From Klebsiella phage Magnus: 64,000 nt of DNA. A program made the translations under genes and the position numbers. Below the pieces are notes generated by a model that was not told where the DNA came from, did not search any database, and saw only the letters and a program-made list of their open reading frames with translations. The DNA lies in the sequence record NC_049462.1. The stretch is one strand, 5' to 3'. Positions 63,975 through 64,000 of this stretch are shown one piece after another. Every line of letters begins with the position of its first letter. The first letter of the stretch is position 1.

Positions 63975-64000
63975 CTTGTAGTTCCCACTTTGTGTTAGAC

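Noticed and set aside
1-64000. CRISPR arrays, rRNA or tRNA genes
   Set aside because: No direct-repeat/spacer periodicity and no rRNA-like stretches were seen. Scanning for tRNA T-loop/acceptor patterns, such as the GGTTCGAAT at about 38105, found only matches inside coding sequence without cloverleaf context.

Overview
This 64-kb window reads as a contiguous piece of a large virulent dsDNA phage genome of the T4 superfamily. Coding is dense on both strands, with frequent overlapping stop/start codons such as ATGA and TAATG. The gene content is T4-like, but the gene order is scrambled relative to T4, and most homologs are very diverged. The nearest family cannot be fixed from sequence alone; a ViI/Ackermannviridae-type relative is one possibility.

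The plus strand carries four blocks:
- 0-4 kb: recombination nuclease gp47 and its ATPase partner gp46.
- 4-20 kb: a secreted lytic-transglycosylase-like protein, a 925-aa protein with internal repeats, an HNH endonuclease directly upstream of primase gp61, the endolysin, PhoH, NrdA, NrdB and a glutaredoxin.
- 23.5-43.9 kb: an HNH-AP2 homing endonuclease, a RuvC-like resolvase, the single-strand-binding protein gp32, a tightly coupled operon (P-loop kinase, thymidylate-synthase-like hydroxymethylase, gp1-like dNMP kinase, MazG-like protein, UvsX), replicative helicase gp41, DNA ligase and helicase loader gp59.
- 48.9-49.5 kb: a gp4-like head completion protein.

The minus strand carries three blocks:
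- 20.1-23.5 kb: gp25 and a gp5-like baseplate hub/needle protein carrying a peptidase-type rather than lysozyme domain.
- 43.9-48.8 kb: a baseplate hub cluster with a gp29 tape-measure-like protein.
- 49.5-64 kb: an early-gene-like region with dCMP deaminase, a DexA-like exonuclease, a HAD phosphatase, a macro-domain protein, topoisomerase II subunits gp52 and a fused gp39+60, a second MazG, a NADAR-like protein, a Hoc-like Ig-domain protein and a tandem helix-turn-helix protein.

Intergenic regions hold many GC-rich terminator hairpins, sigma70-like early promoters (TTTACT-17-TATAAT, often with a TTCAATAA element in the spacer) and T4-type TATAAATA late promoters. I found no rRNA, tRNA or CRISPR array.

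The candidates I rate most interesting are:
- a thymidine/pyrimidine hypermodification operon at 32.4-35.7 kb;
- a pair of ADP-ribose-removing enzymes (macro and NADAR) that may counter ADP-ribosylating defences such as DarTG;
- a T4 gene-e-style structure upstream of the endolysin, in which a hairpin buries the ribosome-binding site and a late promoter starts inside the hairpin;
- a 925-aa protein with an internal tandem duplication.
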